Positions 27,401-40,305 of a DNA stretch of 64,000 nt are shown one piece after another. The DNA is from Lingula anatina (lineage: Eukaryota; Animalia; Brachiopoda), in assembly GCA_051362555.1 (NCBI GenBank), contig CM120645.1:22816001-22880000 (forward strand), read 5' to 3'. The translations under genes were made by a program, and so were the position numbers. Each line of letters starts with the position of its first letter. Positions within the stretch are counted from its first letter, which is position 1. The notes beneath the pieces were generated by a model. It was given only the letters and a program-made list of their open reading frames with translations. It was not told the origin of the DNA and did no database searches.

Positions 27401-29390
27401 ACCAGTGGGGGAGACACCTCTTTAACAAAAAATTCTGAAATCTGACAGTTTTAACTTTAAGACAAGGGTTTCCCCAGAAAAAAGGCCCACATGTCATTCG
27501 GACAGCCACTGGCCTCAAAAGGTAGCCTTTATTTATTTTTTAAGACGGCTGGACAGCTTCCGAATTTTTTAGGAAATCACAGGTTGGGGGCTTGACTTGC
27601 TTGGGTTGGACTCCCCATAAATTGGTGACAAAATGACAGATTCACATTTTGGACTCCCTGTGCCCCAAATCCTGGGGAAACCCCTGCATTTAGACCAGAT
27701 TTTAGTCTGATATGACTGGGTGTAAACCAGGGACTTCAAATGATGGAGACCAAAGATTTCAAACTCTTGATATAAACAAACTTTTGGTCTAACCCTCCTT
27801 TGTGAAACTGTCCTAGGAGAGAGGAACGCAACAACACTGGCACAGTGTTTAATTACAATGATCATGTTTACAAAACTAGGGTTGAACTGGCTTGCACTTT
27901 TTAGTGTGAATGAAACTAAGAACTCAATCCCAATTTGAACATAATGACCTGTTCATAACAATATACAGGGCTCAACATCCATGTGGTATTTCTTCTTGTC
28001 TTAAGTTTTTTTTTTTTTTTTTGAAATAAATTAAGATGTATGAGGAAAATCTCTTACTGAGAAGATCAATGATGAGCCCTATATCTTGAATAAAATAAAG
28101 TTATACAAGGCATACACAATCTTCTTTAAATAAAGTTTTGAACAACATTGTCTGTCAATAGTGACAGTCTTTCAACAACAGACAGTGAGTCCAAAAACAA
28201 ATAAAATAAAAAATATTTGCATGTGAATATAAATTATCTTAACTGAATGTCAAATAATCTTTAGAAGTTTTTTTTTTTAGAAAACTTTCATCAAAAATTA
28301 TTAATTCATGCATGTTACATGCCTGTACCTACCATCTGATCCTGAATATAAAGAGAAATAGTTCAACTTATTAAAATTCTTTCTCTGTAACATTTTCAAA
28401 TGATTCCAGTGCTGTTTAGAATATAAATTTATAATGCTTAAACTGTTATCTACCAATTCTTTCATTAGAAAAAAAAACTTAGATGTAAGAATATGTGGAT
28501 GAGAGAAATGCCCCATTTGCCAAAAATAATGGGGGAGGGGGAGAAGAAATTACGAGATAGAAAAAAAGTGCAAAAAATAAAATAAATCTTTCCTCACAAG
28601 GCCTTAACTAGTTTTTAAAAATGAGAGAAAGAAAAAAGATGAAATAGTGAAAAAAAAAAAGAAGAAAAAAACAGACAGAAATTGCCTGACAGGTCCACAT
28701 AGATGACCAGTCATCAATCAGAGCAACAATGACACAGATCAATCATATTATCCTCGCAGCTGACAGAGACACTTAGGGAGGTCATTCGACCCTTCACGCC
28801 TCCCTGACATTAATGGCTACCTGCAGGGTATGGGTGGCATGTCCACCATGAGCAACGTGCTCCCAAATTATCATGATCTGCTTGAGGCACTAAGTGACAT
28901 TTTTCTTTGAGACAACATCAGAAGATTACGTTGTGCATTTAAAGTAAGAGGTACATATAGCTTTCAAAGAAAGTCATCTGGGCTGGTGAATAACTTTATC
29001 TTCTAAAATAAGAGTCAAAATATTTTTTTAAAAATACTGTTACACTGTAATATTGACAAAGCTCTTCACGCATGCAATTTATAACAGTAAAACATCAATT
29101 ATTCTCCCTGGGTTCCAGTTGTCCACAAAGACAAAATTGTCTACTTATCCACTTCTTGCTAACACCACCAGCCTTTACAGCTCAAGTTTACAAGGGTATC
29201 TAGGAAAACAAGATTACCTCCAGCTGAAACAAAACCCAGCGCATTACATTAAATTTTGCTTTCAAATCATATTAATAAGCTAAATAGTTCAGTAAAAAGA
29301 GGTCCAAGATACCTGCATGTCCAGCTGTCTGACCAGGAGGTCAAACTGGTCCTCGCTACAGTTCAGGATGTCTCCGCCACCGCTGTCCAT
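12405..29390 (-). CDS. PH domain + actin-related (actin-fold) fusion protein with N-terminal coiled coil and long acidic disordered linker, ~999 aa, 16 exons
   Basis: Exons 29390-29313, 25380-25189, 24807-23706, 20464-20388, 19342-19298, 18869-18726, 16568-16476, 15892-15752, 15454-15394, 15070-14922, 14685-14605, 14334-14145, 13841-13699, 13430-13168, 12977-12878, 12545-12405 total 3000 nt with all phases matching. An in-frame TGA lies upstream of the ATG. PH: EGYMEKLP...TWKKRYF...EYNDWKVAL. Actin: VIVLDLGSCSVRAG, QPILALYSY..GVIVDIG, ICYVATDY, IYLSGGVTMLPGFAERLQ, AAYIGASTL. Confidence 0.88.
12770..12870. repeat. ~26-bp minisatellite, about 4 copies
   Basis: Repeated CATTGTGTTAGGTGTGACACCTCAG units in the last intron of the PH-actin gene. 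Confidence 0.8.
18228..18320. repeat. 21-bp minisatellite (ACATGTAGCCATGGCAACACA), about 4 copies
   Basis: Direct reading; explains the MLPWLHV repeat ORF. Confidence 0.85.
20388..21200 (-). CDS. Probable alternative first coding exon of the PH-actin gene (short isoform, ~787 aa)
   Basis: 271-codon open frame from ATG 21200 (upstream in-frame stop) reads through the internal acceptor at 20465/6 in the same frame to the donor at 20387. S/P/K/R-rich disordered sequence. Confidence 0.65.
22777..22951. mobile_element. Palindromic MITE, family B copy 2
   Basis: GGCCTCATTTAGAAGAGTGGACTAACTAGTCCGAG / CTCGGACTAGTTACTTCACTGTTCTGAATGCGGCC inverted arms. Confidence 0.75.
27463..27686. mobile_element. 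MITE with hAT-like 15-bp TIRs
   Basis: CAAGGGTTTCCCCAG ... CTGGGGAAACCCCTG (1 mismatch); a related right end occurs at ~33930-33992. Confidence 0.65.
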
Positions 29391-31912
29391 GACGTCTGCC
29401 TGTCACTGGTATACTATAATGGTATTATAGAGCTGGAATCAAAACCAATACACAGTTAATGCAACTGAATTTATGTCTCACAAAGATAAAAAAAATGAAA
29501 GAATTATGTCAAATCAATTCTACTTCTTACAATGATATCAGTGAAAAGGACGTTTTCTGATCACGATGAGCTGCTTATATGCAAATTCACACTATCATTA
29601 ATAATTTAATCAGTATTGCTCCAAATGAGTGAAAATAATCTGGCAAATTGGATCTGTATCCTTGCTATGATATTGTCATAGGACTAGGGATGAAAAAAGA
29701 GACCGTACTAGTAGCTGTACAAACACTGACACATTTCACATGTTAGAACACACAACTACACTGCCCTCTTACAGGATCACATGTGTACAGAGTTATTTTC
29801 ACAAAACATTCACCTTCACTTCTCTGCATGCCAATATGATGTTCAAAATATGACAATGATGCCTCAAGTGCCGGCCATCTCTAAAAGTGACAGCTAGCCT
29901 TTCCCTGCTTGACCAGTTTGACTTGACAACCAGCGACTGGCACATAGATATAATCACCACGTGCAGCCAGCACACAGAGAGGCACCTGTATTGTTATTTA
30001 CCTCGGCAAGGAAAGTTACGTATAGCAAACAAACAAACTCCAAATCTATCCAACACTTACCAAATATAGCAAATATGACAGGAGATACTTGACACTGTCA
30101 AGGGCAAAAGTATTTTAGAACACTGTCATAACTCACCAGTTGTTTATATTATAGGACATATCCTTATCTAACCTCTACCAATAACATACAACACCAATTA
30201 TATGCCATTTATGATTATGTGTGTACTGCCATTATATTACTACATTTCAGTTATGGAAAGGCACAATAAAGTCTTATGTCATGAGTGAAGTGAACTCTTA
30301 GGTGCTAAAGCTCAGTCCAAATACTCATCCAGACTTATGACTTTGAAAGTCAAATACAGAAGTGTAATTCTAACACAAATAGTCGTATACGTAGCGCCAA
30401 ATATATCTTAGTTGAAACTCTCCATTTTTTAAGTATTTCAACGCAACTATACAACAAATGACACTTAAAACTTACATGTGGCCAAACAATTGAGTCTACT
30501 GTACCTGTATTTTCATTTACTTACACTATGGAGTAATCCAACAGTGCTTCTCTAATGAAGAATGTTGGCCATTATACGTCTATATTAGTATTAATGGAAA
30601 AACAACATTTTTTTCTAATATTTGCTATGTGTCTTAAGTCACCAACACATGGATCTTGTGTGACCCTATAGAAAATATACCACAGAATTGGAAGCAATGA
30701 ATCCATGCATCCAACAAGTGCCCCCATATCCATGCAGGTTCCAATGTGTACAGTACATATCTCAGCAGCATGTGGATTATTAGTCATAATATCTACTGTA
30801 TTTGCTCTAAATTTTAGTGTCATTTCACAGGCCTTGGAAGCTGCACATCCACATAGCTAGCACCATTGCTAAATATTGAGCCAATTTAACACAACTTATT
30901 AACTAATCCAGTGTCTCATGCTTGAGAACCACTTTTATAACCACAACACAAAGCAATACATTTAATATTCAAACAGACATTTGATACCAAAATTGCTACA
31001 TGTATAGATGTATAATACCTCTCTGTAGCTTAGCAATTACTTACCACAGTCTCTAAATTCCCACACAGAGACTGCTGTCCACCATGTCATGTAGCAAACT
31101 AGTCCAGATCTAGGACTGCAGTAATCTCCAACCACACTGCCATCAAAGTTAATGATTTCCCAAAGCTGAGAGCCTAAGCACCATTCCTCTATATGTGAGT
31201 GTGTGTATACCCCTCACTGTCTGTATCACACAGCACCCTCATGTACGCACATTAACTCTGCCCATTATACAGTACAAGTACAGGACACACATACCTGGCC
31301 ATGCATTTCTCCTTTCAATGAGCTTAATTCTTTCAACTACATGCTATTTTAAGCTCACACAAGTGAGACGACAGCAAATACCATTGTACAAAGACATGCC
31401 CAGGACCTTGTATCCTTTTTACTGTCTCCCTACACCTCTGTACAGAGAGAAGGGGTACAATGAGGACCTACTCTGCCTAAGACATCTAGATCCTAGATTA
31501 AGGAATCTTGCTGAGAACACAGTTTAGACCAAATTTCAGTCTGAAAAATCCTGGATTGAACTGCCCCTCGGATGCAATAAAACCATCTTCTGCAAATATG
31601 ATTCCCATATTTATATCATTTTATAAGACAACAATTCAGTGCTAATAAAGGTACAATATGACCTTATAGTAAAATGCTTTGATCTGAATTCTCGGTTTAA
31701 AACACCCCTTGTCTTAACTTTACTATCCCTCAAAACCAATAAAAGGCTACTGGACAACTTTACATTACAGGTACAATTCCACATCACCAAAATCAATAAA
31801 AAGGTAATATAACAACATGAAATGTACTGCAGTCATGCCATCGCCAGGAGAATCATGTTCTTTAATATCTGTAATCACGAGATTAGCTTTGATTCTTCAA
31901 CAGAAAGATGTA

Positions 31913-34396
31913 CGGTAAAGTCTTGAAAATTTCGTCGTTCTTGAAAATTTCGTCGACAGACGATTTTCCGCCGAGGTAATTTTTTTCCCTTTGAAAACTT
32001 CGTCGACCTTGAAAATGAGGTACTCAATAATTTTTGAAAAGTTCGTCACCAAATATGGCCGCGTTGTCCAGCTCAAATATGAAGGTAATGCGTCAGTTGA
32101 TTTAAGACAATGATACGATCAGGATCTCATTGCCGATAACACTCTCAATGGGAGATAGGAACAATAGTGCGCCCCTGCGAGCGGTTGCTCACAATATAGG
32201 TGGTTAACATGTGAATTCCCGTTCTTAATTGCGGGAACGTCGGCCTTTTGTCTAAATAGTTTCATTACTATTACCTGGCTCAAGGTGCGTTATCAAGCCG
32301 GCAAATACAGTAGAAGTCACAGGCCGCGGCTTTGTCATTTGTAACGTCGTTATTGTTATCGGCGGCTGTCCTAAATGAGGAAGACACAATGAAAAAATCA
32401 AGATATTATCTCGAAGGGACATGTACCCGTCACTTCTATTCATGTCCATGTTCAATCTAGGACCATTTAACGATTGCCTGCCTCGTACATGGAGATCGTT
32501 CGCAATGCGAATGGGACAAGATGGCAATTTTCATATCAGCGGAGAATCTTGCGCGTAATATCGTCAAGAGATCGTTCGCAATCCAAACGAGACGAGAAGA
32601 TAATTTTCTTATTTGTAACGGACTCTGTTCACGTAAGATCATCAGCGGGAGATCGTTTGCGATTCGAGAGAGACGAAAAGGCAATCTTCATATCTTCACT
32701 GGGAGATCGTCCGCGATGTAAGCGAGAATAAAATGCACTTTTCATATTAGTTCAATCTAAGATCTAATGGTATATTAGATCTTAGGTTCAATGGAACTTC
32801 GTTCGTGGAAGATCGTCAGCAGGAGATCATTATTTTAACCCCCTCCCCCTTTGAATTTTGTAAATAACATATTTTTCATTTTATCTTCAACCCCCCTGCT
32901 CCCGCTCACGGCATATCTTCAGCGGAGAATCGTCCGCGTAAGATCGTCAGAGGGAGATCGTTCGCGATCCGAGCGAGACGAAATGGCAATTTTCATGTCA
33001 TCATCGGGAGATCGTTCGCGATATAAGCAAGAATGAAATGCAATTTTCAAAATAGTTCAAGGAACTTAGTTTGCAAAAGATCGTCAGCGGGAGACCAGTA
33101 TTCTAACCCTCCCCCTTTGAATAAATAATAAATAATATATATTTTTCATTTTATCTTTAACCCCCCCTTCCCCGCTCACGGCATATCTTCGGCGGATAAT
33201 TGTTCGCGTAAGATCATCAGCGCGAGATCCTTTGCGATGTATGCAAGAATGAAATGCAATTTTTATATTAGTTCAATGGATTTAGGGAACTTCGTTCGCG
33301 GAAGATCGTCAGCGGAAAATCATTATTGATCTCCTCCCCCCCCCCCCCCCCACACACACACACACATACACACACACACACACAGTGACACACACTTGGG
33401 ATTTAAAAAATTCATTTTCATTTTATCTTTAATCAGCCCGCCCTCCCTCGCTCACGGTATATCTTGGGCGGAGAATCGTTCGCGTAATATCCTCAGGACT
33501 TTGTTCGCGGATCCTAGCTTGACGTAAAGGCAATTTTCATATCATCGTCGGGAGATTGTTCGTGATGTAAGCAATAATAAAATGCAGTTTTCATATTAGT
33601 TCAAGGAACTTAGTTTGCAAAAGATCGTCAGCGGGAGATCATAATTCTAACCCTCCCCCGTTGAATATTATAAATAATATATTCCCCGCTCACGGCATAC
33701 ATGTATCGGCGAAGAATCGTTTGCGTAATATCGCCAGGACTTTGTTCGCGTAAGATCATCAGAGGGAGATCGTTCGCAATCCGAGCGAGACGAAAAGGCA
33801 ATTTTCTTATCATCATCGGGAGATCGTTCGCGATGTAAGCAATAATAAAATGCAGTTTTCATTATAATTCAAGGAACTTAAATTGCGGAAGATCGTCAGC
33901 GGGAGCAATTATTTTAACTCCCTGTAAATTTTTAGGAAGTTACAGATGGTAATTTTAGAAGGCCTGACACTCAATCCTGGGAAAAGCCCTGCATGCAACA
34001 AACGTTGCCAAGTGCGTATTTTTTTAAAAATATGTCGCGTCCAGGTTATGATGCAAGGAGGCAATTAGGCTTATCTTGATCCTTCTCCTCTATCAGAAGG
34101 TATATTTCTTACCGAGAAGATATTTTCTGGTACAGTAAGTTAAACTTAATCGAGATGCAGTAATAAATAGATTATTATTTACCACCAAAAAACGACTTAG
34201 GAAGTAGTAATAAATATCCCACAATATAGGAGGGTCAAAGATAACAGACGCTAAGGATAAAAGCCAAAAGGCCGGATTTTTGAAAATTTCGTCATACCCA
34301 GGAGTCGGGGAGAGGTAATTTTGAAAAATTAGTCGGATTTACACAATTAAAAATATTAATTAATTTTTAAGCGACGAAATTTTCAAGACTTTACCG
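31913..34396. mobile_element. Non-autonomous DNA transposon, ~2.5 kb, TA-flanked (Tc1/mariner-like by TSD)
   Basis: Perfect 25-bp TIR CGGTAAAGTCTTGAAAATTTCGTCG at both ends; TA at 31911-12 and 34397-98; subterminal TTGAAAATTTCGTC repeats; CpG-rich; no transposase ORF. Confidence 0.9.
32490..33920. repeat. Internal tandem array, ~5 units of 225-320 bp built from GGGAGATCGTTCGCG subrepeats
   Basis: Unit landmark GAAGATCGTCAGCGGGAGATCAT recurs near 32810, 33080, 33300, 33622 and 33890. Confidence 0.9.
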
Positions 34397-34781
34397 TATC
34401 TCAAATGGTGCCTGATTCCCATTTTTGTAAACATTACAAGAGAACATAATGCTGAGATTGTAAGGTAGCTTATTAATAAAACAGAGATTTCCAATAAAAC
34501 TGATAAGCTTAGCAAACAGAAGGCTCGGATCTTTCTTGGCAAATTATACTAGTACACTGCATTCCTCAAGTAAGTTAAAGTATAAAAACATTATATGTAG
34601 CCTCCCTTTCTCCAAAGAGTTTGGCCAAGCTATTGAACATAAGCCACATCAGATTAGGTCCCTTATCTAAGAGAGATTTAGCAGCAAAGTTGTCTAAGCC
34701 TGGGGGTTTTTTTGGCAATAACAGAGAAGGGGTCATTGACAAGGATAGACAGAGAAAGTCGAAATGGCGGTGCACCCTTTG

Positions 34782-34955
34782 CTGGGGTAGCGCTAACACT
34801 CGCCAATTTAGCCAAATGCTAAAACTGACTAAAATTGGCTAAACAAATTAGGGTTGATTTGACTCATTTTAATCAAATTTAAACCATTTGGACAAAAAAA
34901 GCAATGAAAAAGTAGTAATTTGGCTAAACGTAAAAAATTGCAAGCGCCACCCCAG
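34782..34955. mobile_element. Short MITE, hAT-like
   Basis: TIRs CTGGGGTAGCGCT / AGCGCCACCCCAG with internal TTAGCCAA/TTGGCTAA repeats. Confidence 0.6.
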
Positions 34956-36369
34956 CTTTGCTTTCCATAAGTTGTATAACCTGCTATGAAATTCATGCAA
35001 AATCTTGTAACTTTTCCTTCTTCTTTGAAAAAAAGTAAATCCTCTCAAAGGCAGAAGAAAACTCCCTAACCCTGGCCTGCTATGTGAAGATTTGTTGACA
35101 ACTGATATTCATGTTTCAATCATTAATTCAATTCAATTCAATTCAATAAGTACAGCGAAAAAAAATTCCTTCAGGATTCAAATTCCTAACCAGTATATCA
35201 CAATACTCTCAAAAAGGAGATCAAATGTCTGTGTTAACCAAAAGGTCATCCCTTGTGTGTTTATACACATGTAACAATAAAAACACTACTAGTGTTTTCA
35301 TTATCAGATTGAGTTGTATGACACAGCAATCGTTTCCTAATACACTAAACATGAATTCCAATATTCTGGGATTACTTCAAGTCTTTTCATCTAACCTGAG
35401 CTACAGTGATCATATTGACTGAACTGAATATTTTTCAACCAGGCTGATGCATCATTTATAGACAAATAAGTCTATTTCCTCTGGTTGCATTTGATTTTAA
35501 CTGGGTTTATATACGTAGAAAGTTTTGTTTTCCTATCTAACAAAACGTAACTCATCTACACTGAAAAATTAGGAGAATCTTAAAGACGAAACGTGAATAC
35601 TTTTAAATGGATGAAAGTTGTAAAAACTGAAAATCCTGAAAATGTAGCTTGCAATTTTTCACCACATTCAGATCATATCAAAAAGTAACAAAAGTAAAGA
35701 CTGAAAATCCTGAAATCAGGCATAATCCTGAAAAGGTTCACCCATTCGCTAACAGCATGATGTGATCACAGACAAGATGCTTACTTTTATTACACGTTAC
35801 ACTAACACTGAACAAAACATATAAAGATTCGGGAAAATTGATATTTATTATAAATAAACTTGCTCTAACATGGTTTCTGATATACCCAATAAGTTTACCT
35901 TCTTAAGTTAATTCCATGACATAAGGTCAAAAAGACATACACATACACTGCTTTAGTTTCTACAGTCACTATATTTACACCCACTGGCATTTTTTCCCCT
36001 TAAAACCGTCACGATACCATCTTAATAAACACCCAAGGGGTGGACCGTGTCCCTTAATCGCTGTGGTCATACCAAGGGTCAGTAAGATAGTGACCACTGG
36101 CACCTTGTGGTCCCACTCAGACATAGCTTGGAGATGTGAAGTCTGCTGCTGGATGTCTAGGCAACATGCAATAACTGGGTGTTGTCTGGACTTGGATAAT
36201 GAAGTTGATATATACAAGTGTATTAAGCCTTATTAGCATTAGGGTTACTATTTAACTCGCAGTACATAAAACTATTGCATGGTCGTATAATGTCTAAAGC
36301 ACTTTTTGACTCAGTCGAATTTAACAGCCAGCTTGTGAAACTTTTTATTTTACTCTCTATATGTAAATG

Positions 36370-36612
36370 TAGTCTGCATTTTCAATTTTTCAGCTTACTG
36401 GTCACTCAGGCAAACAGGCCTAAAAAACTACCAGTCCAAATGAAAATCAATTAGTCTGGAGATAAATATTTTAGATAATTGAAAAAGAAAACGCCCTGAA
36501 ATTTCCACATGTGCAATCAACCTATTAACTTTTAAACATTCAAATTATTTACCAGTCACACACCAAATCTACGGGTCAATAACAGTGACCCTCTAACTTG
36601 CAACGCAGACTA
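36370..36612. mobile_element. Degenerate MITE
   Basis: TIRs TAGTCTGCATTTTCAA / TTGCAACGCAGACTA with internal TACCAGTC repeats. Confidence 0.5.
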
Positions 36613-38391
36613 TGCATGCACGTATGATAGCGTTTCCTTATTACTATTAATGTGCGTACAGGTTGTGACAGACACTTGTAATATCGCTGTAACATTGTAC
36701 ACTTCAGACTTGCTTGTCAAATGTAAGCTGTTACCCCACCAACAGAAAATCCTAAAATAACAAATGATGACTAATCAGCAAAGTTCATTTGAAATATTGA
36801 TAAACCATCATCAAGCATTTAGTATATATATTGAACTGGGTTAAAGCTGATATAACATCAACCATACGGGTCTCTCCCGGTTAACAGGGCATGAAGGTAT
36901 TTTTTCCTTTTTTTTAAAACTAAATTATACACAGATTATGACAGACGTGCACATTGAAAAATCCTTGGCATGGGTATTGGGTTGTGGTATACAAATGTGA
37001 CACCTGTTGTACCATAGTACTAGAGCCATCTACAGCTTGACAGTGGGGCCTGATCCCGAGCTCAGATAAACATGTATTTCCAAAACAATTGACTTCCTTT
37101 ATGTTGATGAAATATATAACAACCTACCAGCAAAGAGTTGACAGTGTGAATAGTGTCAACTAAATAAAACCTAACTTTTATTCTATACTACAACTATTAC
37201 TACCTATACTACTACAACTACTATCTCTAAAATAATAAATATAAAATTCCTTTGGGAAGTTTACTCCAAAAACATAACAGAAAACCAATAATTAATCTGG
37301 CAATAAACCACTATCTGTCTGCCTCTATCAGACAGAACCAGCATACACACACTGCATCCTACACTATCATCCAACATATCGAGATCATTCCGTTAATCGT
37401 TAACCATCAAGATTACACTTAGCACTGCGTTCATACCAGTAAAAAAGGGTTTAGTAGCATATATCATCAGAACTGCTTATTTATTACTTCTATCTACCCT
37501 TTTCATTGGTTGTAAAACAGAAAACTTTTCACATATTCCTATTTAGGCCTTCTAGACAATCCATCACAATCAACAACTATATCACACATATCTCAATTAT
37601 ATGATAAATACATCCTAAGTTGTGTCAAGCTCTATAATCCACTAAGTATATATATATCAGATAAAGAAGTCTCACTCCCACCATACAATACAAGCACCTG
37701 TACCTTCCACCCATCATTACAGCTTGCCAACCAGTGTCATAATAACCCACCTGTAGAGATGATAATTACAACGTAGACCTCTTCTATCTCTACTTCATCA
37801 CCGGGACACACCAGTCGTTTCCTGTCCTCCGCGCTGAAATGAAGAATATAATAGTAAACCAAGGCTCTGTCTCTGTAATGTGTGGTGTATCACTTTCTCT
37901 GTGCTTTATGCAGGCTTGGGACCATATAATGACAGATGAATGGCCCTCTTGTATTACTGTATGTGCCTACAATACTGTGACATCTGATATCAGTGCACGA
38001 GGTCAGAGGTCGTGGGTCAGAGGTCACAACTTCAGCTTTCACATTGCGGTATCATCCGAGGCATGGTAAATAGTGGAAAGCATCCCATTTTTTATTTTTA
38101 AATCAAGTTCTAAAACTGTTTATGTGGTTAAATAAGATATGAAGTTACAACTTGTTTGCCAATTTATCACCATCTGATGCCAGTTGCATTTTCAATAAGT
38201 TGGTTTAAACACAAGTTGTGCTCTAATTAGCCCAGAATAATGTATCCTGTTGCAATGCATGTTATAAGGTATTCACCTCTTGTCTTTAAGATACACCTAT
38301 TAACTAGAGGAAATTGACCCCAAACAGGCACTGCTGTGTTCTTGCATCTGTTTACAGACATTAAGTGACATGTATACTGAGGCACTTGATT

Positions 38392-38497
<106 letters not shown>

Positions 38498-39949
38498 CAC
38501 AACATTCCCATTTATTTTTCTCCAACTTCACCAATAACTCAACTATTAATTCTGCAGTGGTGTTTACATAACATCATATACAGGAACTTTCCACAGAAAC
38601 CAAATCCATCACTGTGATATTAGTAATTTCATATATCCATAAAAAATAATAATCATAAAATCATTGTAAATAAGTTCAAATAAATGAAAAATAAAATAAG
38701 AAATCAATCTAAATGAAAAGTAAAAGATAATGAATTATAAATATCTGACCAATAGTATAAGCTGAAAATGACTAAAATGTTTGAAGTTTATCTACATACA
38801 TGGTGAAAAATCCTTATTTAGCAGAATATAAATTTTTACAGATTAAAAAAAAATAAATAAAATAATAATAATAAAGACAAAATAACACCTGTGAATACCT
38901 GTCTATTATCCTGTCCAAGCATGTCTCCCTATTCCAGTACTTGCTTGTTGTTAAACATGTAGTGGAAATGTGCCAAATTGTGACTGGGCGTTTCAGTCTA
39001 AATAATCCACCTGAAGGAAGATAAGGATGTACATACATCGATCAACAACACAATAGTATAAATATGCATAGGATTATAATCCAGAGACTTGGTTCTAAGC
39101 TGTGACTAGATTCAGGGACCATATCAAGTTAGGTTATCAATCAATAGATTGCTGATTATCACGATATAAAATATCTCAACATTAAATGTACAATAGAGGC
39201 AAATTAATCATAATGACATGAAACAAACAGAATTATCACTTTTTCTATACTTTTTCCAAATGCTATATTTACAATATTCATTATCTGTTTCTGTGCCTGA
39301 TTTTTTTTTTTTTTTTTATCTCTCAGGTTTTTATCACAATTTGTGTGACTGCCCTGCATATTTCTCTGTGTATTGTGAAGGGTGAGGGGGGGGGGGGGGG
39401 GGGTTTACCTCAATGTTGGACCTTACACTGAGGCAAGGGCCCCGTTTGGAATAGCTTATTTTTGGAGCCATTACTATTTTGTATAACATGGGTGTGGATG
39501 GCCCTTGCTGTCAGTAAAATATTTCCATTATTATTTAAACTTTGGGTAAACCACAAAATGTTTTTGGTCAGGTGCTTTGCAAGGACAACAAAAAAGTTTA
39601 AAATTCACAATTACTGCATCAGGTCCAAGCATGTAGGAAAAATCCCTGTAGAGTTTAGTAATCGTGTTTGGCAAGATTCACTTTTATCTAGCAATATTTT
39701 GAGTGTATAGTGACACGCAAAGTGACAAATGTGCAGAGGATTTAGTCACTGTCACAGTGGCTGTTTATCTTGTGTGTGAACTCTTGTGAGGTCGCTACCA
39801 TATTGCTACTGGTGAGATTTCCACATTCAGTTAAAAAATCTTTTTTACTTTTGCAAGTGCGCCAAAATGACATAAGAATGTGGTTAATATCGGATATCAA
39901 CACAAACCTCCTCTATATGCAAAGCAAACATCCAATTTTTAGGCTACTA

Positions 39950-40305
39950 CACTTTGCTCTCAATATCCCGCCATCTTTAGATTAATCCTCGAGATTTTTC
40001 GAGAGCCTAGTTGAACTCGCCGAATAGGAAAGTAGCTCTTCTGACTAAAATTATAACCGAAAAATTTCACTAAATATTCACTTATACACATAGTGACAGA
40101 ATTTATAGTTAAAACATTATGTTTTTGTTTGAAAAATGCGGAATATTTTGTGCTTCAACGTTTCATTTCATTTGATAAATGAAGCTTACTCCCCTAACAT
40201 TTAGATTCATCTGACCTTACATTCTCATGCGAGGCCGCCATTCAAAATAGAGTGGTTGAGACGAACGTGCCGAATAGCCATAGACTTATAACTTATTGAA
40301 CGACA
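39950..40305. promoter_or_regulatory. CpG-rich PPP4R2 promoter, possibly bidirectional with the PH-actin gene
   Basis: CpG cluster; YY1-like GCCGCCATT near 40235; GT donor-like sites on the minus strand near 40220 and 40189. Confidence 0.5.

Noticed and set aside
32252-33862. Arg/Ser-rich ORFs inside the transposon as a transposase or a CRISPR-like array
   Set aside because: Products of tandem subrepeats; no DDE motif, and no constant repeat with unique spacers.
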